From the NCBI GenBank assembly GCA_963675495.1, contig OY776215.1, forward strand, positions 1,760,001 through 1,824,000: a DNA stretch of 64,000 bases, written 5' to 3'. This document shows, piece by piece, positions 30,237 to 40,334 of the stretch; positions within the stretch are counted from its first letter, which is position 1; each line of letters opens with the position of its first letter. This DNA comes from an uncultured Methanolobus sp. (GTDB taxonomy: Archaea; Halobacteriota; Methanosarcinia; Methanosarcinales; Methanosarcinaceae). Under the pieces are notes generated by a model. It was not told where the DNA came from. It made no database searches and saw nothing but the letters and a program-made list of their open reading frames with translations. A program made the position numbers and the translations under genes.

Positions 30237-31064
30237 TTACCGAGGTCTGAAGATCAACATTAGTGAGATAATCATCAGAAGGGTCAGGGCTGAGAAGCCA
30301 GGGGTGGTGTTAGATGACTGGCTCTCAGTGTCATCCACCGCTAAACCTTCTTTTATAAATGCAACGGGCACTTCTTTGCCTGATATTTTCATTGAATTTT
30401 TGTTGATTAGTTCATAGATTTCGTCTATTTGGGAATTTGTGATTTCCACATCCTGACGCAGCATTACACTGTAACATCCTTCAATATTCCAGCCGTTGCC
30501 AATTACCGGTCCATTAGGATACCTGTAGGTTTTAATGTCTTCACGGGTAGCCTTGTGTATGGCATCGAGATTGGAATAACATTCCTGTTTCTGTTCTTCA
30601 GAGGTAAATACTGGCAAATCCCCTCTTATTTCTATCAGATGAGGATCTTTTTCGATGCTGTATGTATTAGCAGGACTCGTGGCTTCCATCTCTGGTATCC
30701 ATTCATCTCCCTGTCCTTTTGCAGCTTTTTCCTTTTCGGCAACAGCTACTGAAATATCAAGTGCTTTTTTTGCCGCATTAAGGTCATCTTCATTATTATC
30801 GGGATATCTTTCCCAGGCATCTATCAGGCCTTGTTTCAGTTCGGTCTTTTCATTCTCTGACAGATCAGACTCCTCGACCCACACCAGCATAAGCTCTTTA
30901 TCATTTTCTTCGAGATTCAACATCATACCTGCCATTACATAGTAGCCTTTTTCCTGATCAGGTCCGTTCTCAGTGGCTGTACCGCCTACTATACATGCAG
31001 CTATAGTAGCAATAAGCAGAATTGATACAATGATCGTGTTTATGGTTCCCCTGTGATCTTTCAT
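30237..31064 (-). CDS. Secreted surface protein with PGF-CTERM archaeosortase signal
   Basis: N-terminal hydrophobic signal; C-terminal TPGF + TM + RPR. Confidence 0.82.
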   Translation of the reverse strand: MKDHRGTINTIIVSILLIATIAACIVGGTATENGPDQEKGYYVMAGMMLNLEENDKELMLVWVEESDLSENEKTELKQGLIDAWERYPDNNEDDLNAAKKALDISVAVAEKEKAAKGQGDEWIPEMEATSPANTYSIEKDPHLIEIRGDLPVFTSEEQKQECYSNLDAIHKATREDIKTYRYPNGPVIGNGWNIEGCYSVMLRQDVEITNSQIDEIYELINKNSMKISGKEVPVAFIKEGLAVDDTESQSSNTTPGFSALTLLMIISLMLIFRPR

Positions 31065-31292
31065 TCTCCCACCTTTTAAAGGGTCATAGGGTATGTATAG
31101 TTTCAGGTTTGGAAGCTTAGCTACCCCGTCCCAGCATGTTGAATTATACTTAGAATACAAGAACTGATGTATAGCAAGTTATAATGTTAAGAAACATTGT
31201 TCTGAACCTATGATCTGGGACTTTTTGGTAGGATATGAATACAGCAAATGCTAGTAAACAATGATATTCTCAAAAAAAGTGATTATAAGATG

Positions 31293-31366
31293 CGAGCCGG
31301 AAGGGAGTTGAACCCCTGGCCTACGGATTAAGAGTCCGTCGCTCTGCCTGGCTAAGCTACCGGCCC
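31293..31366 (-). tRNA. tRNA-Lys (anticodon CTT), intron-less, no encoded CCA
   Basis: GGGCCGG/CCGGCTC acceptor stem, ACGGA-CT-CTT-AA-TCCGT anticodon arm, GGTTCAA T-loop. Confidence 0.96.
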
Positions 31367-31439
31367 GCGCTGATTGAGCGAGATGTCCATACGTATTAGC
31401 CTGATATATACGTTTCGGTTAAAGGTGTTTGAGGGGAAC

Positions 31440-33284
31440 TCAAACATGCTTCACAACACATCTTGAAAGTCCCATGATCTCAACCATATCACTGTTATCA
31501 GGACTCTGAACTATCATCTGGCCTTTTTTCAGGTATGGGATACGTTTCTCGAATTCTTTTTTGACCTTCATTGTATTGATGGCCGCATCATTGCTCAGGT
31601 TAAGGATGATGCGTGTGTTTATCTGCTTGAATATTGTCTCATCGATGTCCTGAGGGTCCTGTGTTATCAAAAAGAGTCCGAGTCCTTCCTTTCTTCCCTG
31701 ACGTGCAGCATCTGCGAACTTGGAGATGAGCCGCCTTGAATGCTCTCCACCTGCCTTTGCAAGATAGCGGTGTGCCTCATCAAGTCCTAGGATGATGGGT
31801 GTTTCCTTCACCGCAGTCTCGCCGGAAGTGTTCAGTTTGTTATCCACTATCAGGCTCATCAAAGTGAGGGTTATGATGTCACGTATACGTGAATTTGTTA
31901 TATACTCTGTAGGGAAAACACTGACCTGTCCTGGTTTGAATATCTGTCCAAGTACCTCGCTTATGGGTCTTGCCGGCTGGTCGAACACTTTTGCAAGGGC
32001 CCGGTTCTTTACACGGCGCGCGATACCGTCATAGGACGCTTCGTGTATCTTGCCACTTTCCACATAATAGTCTCTTGTGACATCATCACCAATGAAGTCT
32101 ATGAAACCGCCGTATGTGTGCTGAGTGCTCTTCTTGAAGAAATCATCAAGCAGCAGGTCAACTCCCACATATTGCAGCTCTGTCATGCCCACAGGTGCGA
32201 TGAGCCATGAATTGTTGCGTACCATCTCAAAAGGAATGGTGAACTCGATCTGCTCAGCCCTTGACCTGCCTGTGTAGCCCTCACCATCAACCTTTGCCAC
32301 AAAGGTCTTCGTGTTCTTACATGCGCCGAAATTGACCTTTTCAGCACTGAACCTGAAGTCATCATCGTCTGTGATCTCAGGATTATCCTCAAATATCTGT
32401 GAATACTCGTCCTGCGGGTCCATTATTACAAGACAGGGATTTCTCTTCTCTTCAGAACCACGAAGGTTGTAACGGTTGTTCTCACTCATGAACTGGCGCA
32501 GGATGTTCTTTGTAAGGAAGGTCTTTCCAGTACCTGTGCTGCCGCAGACCAGCATATGCCTGAATATCAGTGGGTCTCCCATGGAATAATCATTCCTCAG
32601 GTAGTAAGGAACCGTGGGTGGTACTGCATGTGTCTTGACAAGTTCGCCGCCAACACTCAGGTGTCCCATGAAGATACCCTCTTCAGGAATATTGAGACCT
32701 GTCTGTATCTTCTTCTTCTCGGTCACAGGCAGTATTGGAGTGTTAGGTCGGGGTATCCTGTCGCTCATTCTCCTGGCAAGTATTCCTTCCTTGTCATTTG
32801 GTTCATAGAGGATGCATATTGGATCGAGGAAAGCCAGAAACTTGTAATCCACCTCATCAGTAGTATTGGACTGAAGCATCCTGCGGGAATGTATCTCAGT
32901 GGCATCATCAACCGCAAACTCTTGCAGGTACTGGAGTTTCCATATCCTTGCGAAAAGGTCCTCATCTCCGTATGGTACGATGACGTATGTTCCAAGTCTC
33001 ACTTTCTGGCGGTGGGATGTAGTGATGTAGCCTGTTATTCTCGCTCCGGCTTCTGTGATCTCCAGAGGGTCTATGCCTGTGGTTATTATCCCAAAAGCCC
33101 CATCTGAAACACCGTTCTTCTTATTCTGCAGGACCGTTGTCTCAGGTTCGAAGTCCTCAAACAATTCATCTGTTCCGTCTCCGGCAAGAGAAATCTCAGT
33201 TTTGATTTCTTCATTGATCCTGTCTGTTTCATCGTTCCTGTCTTTTGCAAAAGAAAGTATGTCCTCATCTCTCATCCTGTTCAT
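31440..33284 (-). CDS. HerA-like helicase/ATPase (DUF87)
   Basis: Walker A GSTGTGKT, MDPQDEY, Walker B LGLDEAH, RQGRKEG, TQDPQD; N-terminal HAS-barrel-like region. Confidence 0.9.
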   Translation of the reverse strand: MNRMRDEDILSFAKDRNDETDRINEEIKTEISLAGDGTDELFEDFEPETTVLQNKKNGVSDGAFGIITTGIDPLEITEAGARITGYITTSHRQKVRLGTYVIVPYGDEDLFARIWKLQYLQEFAVDDATEIHSRRMLQSNTTDEVDYKFLAFLDPICILYEPNDKEGILARRMSDRIPRPNTPILPVTEKKKIQTGLNIPEEGIFMGHLSVGGELVKTHAVPPTVPYYLRNDYSMGDPLIFRHMLVCGSTGTGKTFLTKNILRQFMSENNRYNLRGSEEKRNPCLVIMDPQDEYSQIFEDNPEITDDDDFRFSAEKVNFGACKNTKTFVAKVDGEGYTGRSRAEQIEFTIPFEMVRNNSWLIAPVGMTELQYVGVDLLLDDFFKKSTQHTYGGFIDFIGDDVTRDYYVESGKIHEASYDGIARRVKNRALAKVFDQPARPISEVLGQIFKPGQVSVFPTEYITNSRIRDIITLTLMSLIVDNKLNTSGETAVKETPIILGLDEAHRYLAKAGGEHSRRLISKFADAARQGRKEGLGLFLITQDPQDIDETIFKQINTRIILNLSNDAAINTMKVKKEFEKRIPYLKKGQMIVQSPDNSDMVEIMGLSRCVVKHV

Positions 33285-34548
33285 CCCACCTTGTGTCATT
33301 ATATGTAGTATCTATTTTTGAATTCCTGAACCTGTCTATGATATGTCGTCTTTCAGACACCGGTATCTTTGCTATGGAATCTGCTTTTGACAGGGTCTTT
33401 GGTATTCCGCCCAGTGCCAGGTCGTAGAGCACTTTTCTTGTTATTCGGTTCCGCAGTTCTTCGTTCTTTATCAGTCCGTAAGGGGATTCTATCTTAAAAA
33501 TTGTGCTCAGTTTTGGGACATATGCCATGAAGAAACAGAGAGCATAATCTTCCGCCTCAAATTTCCCGCTGGCCAGCTCTGCAACCAGGGGAGAAGTTGA
33601 TTTGAGCATTTTTTCGTAGAACTGGTTTGGCTGTGCGAACCAGTTGGTGTAAGTGATATACTTATTTGCCTCTTTTTTCTTCATTCCCGATCTTTCAAGG
33701 GACAGTGCATTCTTGAAGAACTGGGCATCCACAAGCCAGGGAAGGTCAAGTTCAGGATCCTGTTTTTTAAGTGCCAGCATTATCTGCATATCCTCGGGGT
33801 TCTTGACAAAACCTACAAGAGGTTTCATGTTCTCGATATGATGGTCCACTATGTCAACATAGTTTTGAATTATTTTGATGCTGCTTTCATCAATGCGTAT
33901 GTTCACATCCCCGGAATCAACGACCATCCAGTACATGACCCTTTTTGGATAGATAGGACCATCCATTATGAAAAAATCCTCATTTTCAATACTGTCAAGC
34001 ATCCAGAGTATATGCTCGGATTCACAAAGATAAAGGGCTACATCGTGCAGTATATCCGTGACCTTCTTATTTAGCAAACCGGGCTGGATACGGATTATTT
34101 TTTTCCGTCCCATATCATTGTCAAATGATTCCCAACCGTTGCTGGTACTCAGGTATATTTTTTTGCTTGCCGTGTAAGCTGCTGCCACTATGGTTCGTTT
34201 GCTGTGTATATCAAGGTTAGTAGGAGTGCTTGCCATTGCACAGTGGCAGAGGTCAACATAAAGTCCGTTATCGAATGTTTTTGCAGTTGTACTGCCGCTA
34301 TCACATGAGTATGTTTTCGGGAAAGGGTCCTCTGATCGTATCATCCTTTCAATGTTTGCTTTTCCACGCCTGACAGGTCCTATTGATCTTAGGACTATCT
34401 TCCCGTTGTATTCCAGTTTTCTGAGATGCTCAAAGATATTCTTTACATTTTCAGCGTCATCACATTCATTTTCATCTTTTTTGAAACAGTTGTCAATACG
34501 GTCAACTATCTCGTGTATCTCTTTTATGTGAATAGGCTCAAGGGTCAT
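33265..34548 (-). CDS. NurA-like nuclease
   Basis: CDSGS, E..H, MDGPIYP, GFVKN, LSKAD; overlaps the start of the HerA gene. Confidence 0.85.
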   Translation of the reverse strand: MTLEPIHIKEIHEIVDRIDNCFKKDENECDDAENVKNIFEHLRKLEYNGKIVLRSIGPVRRGKANIERMIRSEDPFPKTYSCDSGSTTAKTFDNGLYVDLCHCAMASTPTNLDIHSKRTIVAAAYTASKKIYLSTSNGWESFDNDMGRKKIIRIQPGLLNKKVTDILHDVALYLCESEHILWMLDSIENEDFFIMDGPIYPKRVMYWMVVDSGDVNIRIDESSIKIIQNYVDIVDHHIENMKPLVGFVKNPEDMQIMLALKKQDPELDLPWLVDAQFFKNALSLERSGMKKKEANKYITYTNWFAQPNQFYEKMLKSTSPLVAELASGKFEAEDYALCFFMAYVPKLSTIFKIESPYGLIKNEELRNRITRKVLYDLALGGIPKTLSKADSIAKIPVSERRHIIDRFRNSKIDTTYNDTRWDEQDER

Positions 34549-34839
34549 GGAGTAGAATAGTATCTGAATGATAATATTATTTTGTATTGGATTCTGATTA
34601 TTTTGAATCTTCTTATTTGTAAAAATCAATCTAATTTTGCCTTTCAAATTATATCCAAAACAATATATATGCTGGATGAAAGTGGTTCAAATATTTAAAT
34701 TAAATTAAATTGATTACAACTAAAGACAATTTTTTAAAAACCCTTAAATAGTAGCCATAATAAGAACTATGCACATATATAAAGGTCTTCAGCAGTTATT
34801 GCTGAAGTCATGTTGTTATTTATTTAAGAGGTTGTAGTT

Positions 34840-36777
34840 ATGGAAGGTTATGAAATATTCTTGTTATTAATGGCAGTCTACGTACTCGGACTGATTGGTG
34901 TAGGATTGTATTTTACAAAACGTCAGAAATCCGTAACTGATTTCTGGCTTGGAGGTCGCAAGACCAGTGCATTGGGTGTTGGCTTTTCAGCAGCATCTTC
35001 GTGGATGACCGCTGGAGGCATCCTGGCAGTTATTGGATTTTATATGCTGCTGGGAATGGGTTCTATATGGGGTTTTGTAGCTCCTAATATCCTTGCTTTG
35101 CTGCTTATTGCTTTGCTTGTGGGTAAGATAAAACATCTTCCTGCTATTACTCAGCCGGAATTGCTGGAACAGAGATACAGCGGTGCTCTGCGTGGGCCGA
35201 TAGCATTGATCATTGCTATTGTTATGATTCTCTTTGCAGTGGCTGATATTAAAGGTCTGTCACTTGTACTTGAGATATTCTTTGGCCTTCCTCCAATATA
35301 TGCTGCAGCTATTGTAGCCATTGCAATTTCTTTATATGTTACTCTTGGTGGTTTCTCTGCTGTTGTATGGACCGATATGATCCAGTTTGTCCTGCTGGCA
35401 ACATTCTCTATTGCCATGGCACTCATCGTTGTGAGCGCTGCAACTGCAGGAACTGATGAAATTGTCTCTGTTAGCTCATCTGACCTTTTTGGAAGTGTTC
35501 CGTCTGAATGGTGGAACCCGATGATCATAGGTCTTCCTGCTATACTGATCTTCATCTTCGCGATCATACCCGGCTGGGTAACGGAACAGGACCCTTGGCA
35601 GAGGGTCTGGGCTGCAAAGGATGAGAAGTCTGCAAGGAACGGTATGATTCTCGGTTCTTTCCTTATTTTCCTTATTTTTGGTATTGCATGTACCATTATA
35701 GCAATAGGCCTGAACCATCTCTACCCTGAGATACCCGCCTCTTTTGCCGATATAGGTATGGGTGCAATGGCTATGGCTGAGCCGGCATTGCTGGTCTTCA
35801 TAGTAGAAAATCTATCGCCTCTGGGACTTGGTCTGGCAGGTGTCGGTCTTGCTGCAGCTGCTATGTCTTCTGCAGATACCTTTGCAACATCCGGTGGTTC
35901 CTGTCTTTCAAGGGACATCTACCAGAGATACATAAAACCTGATGCTACCATGAAGGAAATGCTGGCTATAAACAGGATCAGCGTTCTAATCATTGTAGCT
36001 GGTGCAACCTTCTTTTCCTTCTACATCCAGGGGATTATCGATGCCATCCATATTGCAACTTTTATTGCAAGTGCATCCTACTTCTTCCCTCTGATGGGAG
36101 GTCTGTTCTGGAAGCGTGCAACCAAGGAAGGTGCATTGGCAGGACTCATTGTCGGTGCTGTTGTACAGATAGGACTTACTATCATCGATGTTACCAATAC
36201 TCCTCAGTTCGCACCTGCATACCTTGATGGTATTCACCCATTGCTTTCAAACCACGGAGTTATCGTGGGAATGCTGCTCAGCGGAATAGCTTTCTTCGGT
36301 GTATCCTTTGCAACAAAACCATCCAGCACTGTAAATCTTGCTCCGTTCTTTGCAGATGAAGCAGAGAAACTTAAGGAAGAGGCTATGGTGGTTGATGAAT
36401 CCGATCCAGATTACAAAAAGCTTCTTACAACTATCGAAAAAGAGGTTAATGGAGACCGTGCAATTGTAAAACTGAATCTGGAGGCATCTGCAACTATCAA
36501 CTGGGCCAAGTTTGTAAATGAGCTCAAATCCACTCACCCTTCCTGGGTAACACCAACTGGTAGAGATTCTGTTTACAGGTTGACAAAAGCGGATATGCTT
36601 GCCTGTGTATCACTTACCAGAGGAAACAATGAGAGAGAGATATGGTTTGCATCAGAGCCATTGGCAGCTGATCTTGACCTGAGCACAAAGGAGTTCCTGG
36701 TAGCTTTCAAACAGGTTTCAGAAGCACTTGGTAACATTGGATTGCTGATGACCCTGCCATCCGGGGACAACTACTAA
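34840..36777 (+). CDS. Sodium:solute symporter with soluble C-terminal domain
   Basis: DFWLGGR, YVTLGGFSAVVWTD.IQ, QRVWAAK, AAAMSSAD. Confidence 0.92.
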   Translation: MEGYEIFLLLMAVYVLGLIGVGLYFTKRQKSVTDFWLGGRKTSALGVGFSAASSWMTAGGILAVIGFYMLLGMGSIWGFVAPNILALLLIALLVGKIKHLPAITQPELLEQRYSGALRGPIALIIAIVMILFAVADIKGLSLVLEIFFGLPPIYAAAIVAIAISLYVTLGGFSAVVWTDMIQFVLLATFSIAMALIVVSAATAGTDEIVSVSSSDLFGSVPSEWWNPMIIGLPAILIFIFAIIPGWVTEQDPWQRVWAAKDEKSARNGMILGSFLIFLIFGIACTIIAIGLNHLYPEIPASFADIGMGAMAMAEPALLVFIVENLSPLGLGLAGVGLAAAAMSSADTFATSGGSCLSRDIYQRYIKPDATMKEMLAINRISVLIIVAGATFFSFYIQGIIDAIHIATFIASASYFFPLMGGLFWKRATKEGALAGLIVGAVVQIGLTIIDVTNTPQFAPAYLDGIHPLLSNHGVIVGMLLSGIAFFGVSFATKPSSTVNLAPFFADEAEKLKEEAMVVDESDPDYKKLLTTIEKEVNGDRAIVKLNLEASATINWAKFVNELKSTHPSWVTPTGRDSVYRLTKADMLACVSLTRGNNEREIWFASEPLAADLDLSTKEFLVAFKQVSEALGNIGLLMTLPSGDNY

Positions 36778-36790
36778 GTATATATGTCTT

Positions 36791-36832
36791 CTCTGGAGTA
36801 AAATCCAGAGCAACTTCTTTTTATTTATTTTT
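36791..36832 (+). terminator. Hairpin plus T-rich tract after the symporter
   Basis: CTCTGGA-GTAAAA-TCCAGAG then long T runs. Confidence 0.6.
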
Positions 36833-36946
36833 TACTCTCATTTTTGTATTAATAGAATCTCAATTTTTACATATTTATTCATTTTTTACATATTATACAA
36901 ATATAATTTTCAGAAACTATATCTATTCTAAAATCCATGTATACTT

Positions 36947-37261
36947 GTGGTACGTATGGAATTGAAAAACCCTATTTTAGACATTGACGTTAATGAAGAG
37001 AATAGGGCAAAAATTCAACCTTTAAAGGATGGTTTTGAAGAACTGACCCCTGAAGAAAGGTTTGATGTTGTGGAACTTCAGAACATAATGCTTCAAAAAG
37101 TTTCCAACCACCGTGAGAAGTATGGGATGCCAAAGACCGGGCAGAAAGCTGAAAGGGATGCAAATGAGATAATCTCCCACATGTCATCAAAGTCTCTTGA
37201 TTATTCCCAGGCATGCATTAATTATTATGTTTCAAAGATCTCTTCTGCTATGAAGAAATAG
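36947..37261 (+). CDS. Hypothetical protein (~100 aa)
   Basis: Charged, helical-looking ORF filling the intergenic gap; no motif recognised. Confidence 0.65.
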   Translation: MVRMELKNPILDIDVNEENRAKIQPLKDGFEELTPEERFDVVELQNIMLQKVSNHREKYGMPKTGQKAERDANEIISHMSSKSLDYSQACINYYVSKISSAMKK

Positions 37262-37384
37262 AATCGGTACTTTTGCCAGTTATTTTTATTTCATTTTCAT
37301 ATTTTATTCATTTAGGTTTTGGATAAATTCACATCCTGTCATCACTCAAAACTTATAAGTGAAATACAGGACAATAATGCTGGC

Positions 37385-38419
37385 ATGGCAGAGATAATCT
37401 TTGATGATATTGGCAGTTTTCCTCTTCCGGCAGGAACATCCAAAGACTGGATGCTTGGGAAATTTTTCGAAAAGAAGAATGATACGGAACTATTTAAGGT
37501 CATAAATGATGCTTTCATGAAGAAAGTAGAGGCTGGTGTGGAAGTACCTACCTATCCGCAATATCAGGATATGAACGAGCAGTTCCTGTCCATCATCAGA
37601 GATCCTAATTGTACCGAAGAACCATTCAAGGTAAAAGTCTCCGATGCTCGTATCATTGAACTCGAAGCCATTGAAACCGTTGCCAAAGCCTACAGGGAAG
37701 AGAACGATGAAAAGCTTGATGTGCGTGTTTGTGTTACCGGACCCCTTGAGCTTTATCTCAAGGAATTTGGCGGAACCGAGTATGTTGATATACTGAATCT
37801 GTTTGGAGAAAGTGTTGATCGTTTCGTGAAGAACTCACTTTCAGGTGCAAAGAACTTTAACATAAGGACCGTTTCCATTGATGAACCAAGCATAGGCATT
37901 AATCCACAGGTAATGTTCTCAGACAACGACCTCATAAAAGCCATGGACATTGCATGCAGCTCCGCAAAAAAAGCTGGTTGCGATGTGGAAATTCATCTTC
38001 ATTCACCCCTTCATTACACACTTGCATGCCAGACTGAGAATATCAGTGTCATTGGTGTTGAATCCGCAGCAACTCCCTCCTACCTTGACCTGATTGACAA
38101 AAAAATCCTTGAAGATGCCGATTCTTATCTCAGGGTTGGAATTGCAAGGACAGATGTCTTCAACCTTGTCGCTGTGCTCAACGACAAATACAACACCAAT
38201 GTCTGGAAAGAAACCCAATATTTCCCTGAGATTATAAATGATATGGAAACTCCGGCAGTCATCTCAAAGAGACTTTCAAAGGCATATTCCATGTTCGGAG
38301 AGACCGTCAAATATGCAGGTCCTGACTGTGGTCTGGGTTCATGGCCATCCCAGGAGATAGCAGCGCAATTACTGAGTAATGTTGCAGAGGGTATAGCTGA
38401 TTTCAAGAAAGGTCTTTAA
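37385..38419 (+). CDS. Core (single-barrel, folate-independent) methionine synthase
   Basis: DDIGSFP, VTGPL, SIDEPS, HLHS, GPDCGLGSW. Confidence 0.85.
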   Translation: MAEIIFDDIGSFPLPAGTSKDWMLGKFFEKKNDTELFKVINDAFMKKVEAGVEVPTYPQYQDMNEQFLSIIRDPNCTEEPFKVKVSDARIIELEAIETVAKAYREENDEKLDVRVCVTGPLELYLKEFGGTEYVDILNLFGESVDRFVKNSLSGAKNFNIRTVSIDEPSIGINPQVMFSDNDLIKAMDIACSSAKKAGCDVEIHLHSPLHYTLACQTENISVIGVESAATPSYLDLIDKKILEDADSYLRVGIARTDVFNLVAVLNDKYNTNVWKETQYFPEIINDMETPAVISKRLSKAYSMFGETVKYAGPDCGLGSWPSQEIAAQLLSNVAEGIADFKKGL

Positions 38420-38443
38420 GACCACCACCTTTCTTTTTTTTAT

Positions 38444-39478
38444 TTATAATTCCAGATCTATGATTGACGGCAAACTATCGTCAAGCACCTGCATAACTCT
38501 GTCAACAATACCCAATGTCACATAAGTTTCAATATATGCCGCAACAAGCAGAGTCAGAATAATAATCCCTAACATTTTCCAGATATATCCTGACCGGATG
38601 TAATCCTTTGTCGTACTAAATATATATGCAGCATCTTTTTTTAGGCTCTGAATGTCATTCCCATTGAATAGTTCTTTATCGACTACATCGTGGGCCTGGA
38701 TGTATGCGAAGCGGTATCCAAGAGCTACTGCCACAAGGATTGCAGGAATTTCGATGATACCATGAGGAACTATGGAAATAAAGAAGTAGATCACATTGTA
38801 GAATAGGCCAATGAGGATACCTTTCATTCCAAACAACTGGGATCCAGTCATAGCCCCGTTAAAAGTGAAGAATGCAAGAAGAATACCCATTAAAAAACCA
38901 TTTACCATCAGTATCATAAGCGGCAAAGTATATGGAATCATGTAGGCAAACATTCTGTACTCATCTTTTCCGTAACCACAATACTGCCAGATAGTGTTTT
39001 TTTTCTCTTGATTCTCTTTTTCTATGGAAGAGAAATTCCTGTCTACTATTGTTGTTATTTTAATCAGTAAACGGTTCAATGGCATTAGAAGTCTCTCAAA
39101 GAAGATAGAAAAACGGGCATAATGTTTGTGTTCTGACCGGATGTCTATGTCACTTATCAGCATTTGGTGTACCAGCATGAAAAGTCCTGTGCCAATTACA
39201 GCACAGGAAACTGCAATGCTGTTAAAGATAAAAATAGCCCACATTGGGTTTATGTAATTTGAAGTAACAGCTACTTTGGCTGTTGCCGCAGAAGCTGTGC
39301 TGATAATTACCTCACTCACAGGTTCTGGTTCTGCGAATACTAGCATCAGTATATAGGCAAATATGCCTATAATAAATGCAGAAGCCACTGATAACATGAA
39401 TACTCTGGCAGACCATTTCAAATCATTGGCGCTGATATTGAATCTAGTTCTATCTTTTATATTGTTCATTTGAAGCAC
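38444..39478 (-). CDS. SpoIIM/DUF95-family membrane protein
   Basis: IFIFNS, NG...G, PHGIIEIPA, AAYIETYVT. Confidence 0.85.
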   Translation of the reverse strand: MLQMNNIKDRTRFNISANDLKWSARVFMLSVASAFIIGIFAYILMLVFAEPEPVSEVIISTASAATAKVAVTSNYINPMWAIFIFNSIAVSCAVIGTGLFMLVHQMLISDIDIRSEHKHYARFSIFFERLLMPLNRLLIKITTIVDRNFSSIEKENQEKKNTIWQYCGYGKDEYRMFAYMIPYTLPLMILMVNGFLMGILLAFFTFNGAMTGSQLFGMKGILIGLFYNVIYFFISIVPHGIIEIPAILVAVALGYRFAYIQAHDVVDKELFNGNDIQSLKKDAAYIFSTTKDYIRSGYIWKMLGIIILTLLVAAYIETYVTLGIVDRVMQVLDDSLPSIIDLEL

Positions 39479-39578
39479 ACGTTTGGTTAGTTTTTATACG
39501 TCGATGCATTGAAATACTTTAGATGTAGTATAATTATAATACTATATTACTGTTCATTATTTATGGGAAGTATTATCA

Positions 39579-40322
39579 ATGCGAATACCTACAGGGATTG
39601 AGGGATTTGACGATTTGGTCCAGGGCGGCTTTCTTTCAGAGAGAGTTTATGTACTGAGCGGTCCACCGGGAAGTGGAAAAACAACATTTGGAGTTCAGTT
39701 TCTCGCACAAGGGGCTGCAATAGGAGAAGTGGGATTATACGTAACTTTACTTGAATGCCCACAGAACATTATCAATGACATGTCTAACTATGCTATGAAT
39801 GTCATCACACTGATAAAAATGAAGAAACTTTTGTTTGCAGATCTTGGCCCACGTATGGAATATGGGTATATGGATGAGATCAATGAGTTTATAACAACGG
39901 ATTATAATATTAGCAAAAGTTCGACTGAAAGTGAGGCTCCATCTCCTTCAGTTGTTTTTAAGGAAATAGCCGCTTATGTTTCAGAGTATGATGTAAAACG
40001 TCTGGTCATTGATTCGGTATCTGCAATTCGGTTCACTTCTAAAGATCTGTCCCTGCAGGAAAAAGAGATGAGCAGGTTCATACGTAATCTTAAGAAATTA
40101 GGATGTACAACAGTATTGCTATCCGAAATGACAGACCCAGGTGCTTATTCTACAGAGCAGTTTGCTGCTCATGGTGTAGTTTTCATGCATAATTTCCTTT
40201 ATGATAAGTCCATGACCCGTGCTATTCAGGTTATTAAGATGCGTGGTACAAAACATGATTGTAACATGCATAGCGTTTCATTCACTGAAAAAGGGTTGAA
40301 AGTAGAGGGCTATCTTGAATGA
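39579..40322 (+). CDS. Single-domain KaiC/RAD55-like ATPase
   Basis: RIPTGIEGFD, GPPGSGKT, RLVIDS, VIKMRG. Confidence 0.9.
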   Translation: MRIPTGIEGFDDLVQGGFLSERVYVLSGPPGSGKTTFGVQFLAQGAAIGEVGLYVTLLECPQNIINDMSNYAMNVITLIKMKKLLFADLGPRMEYGYMDEINEFITTDYNISKSSTESEAPSPSVVFKEIAAYVSEYDVKRLVIDSVSAIRFTSKDLSLQEKEMSRFIRNLKKLGCTTVLLSEMTDPGAYSTEQFAAHGVVFMHNFLYDKSMTRAIQVIKMRGTKHDCNMHSVSFTEKGLKVEGYLE

Positions 40323-40334
40323 TGGTTGTTTTTT

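Noticed and set aside
30237-31366. Integrated element at tRNA-Lys
   Set aside because: No integrase, and I saw no duplicate of the tRNA 3' end in the window.
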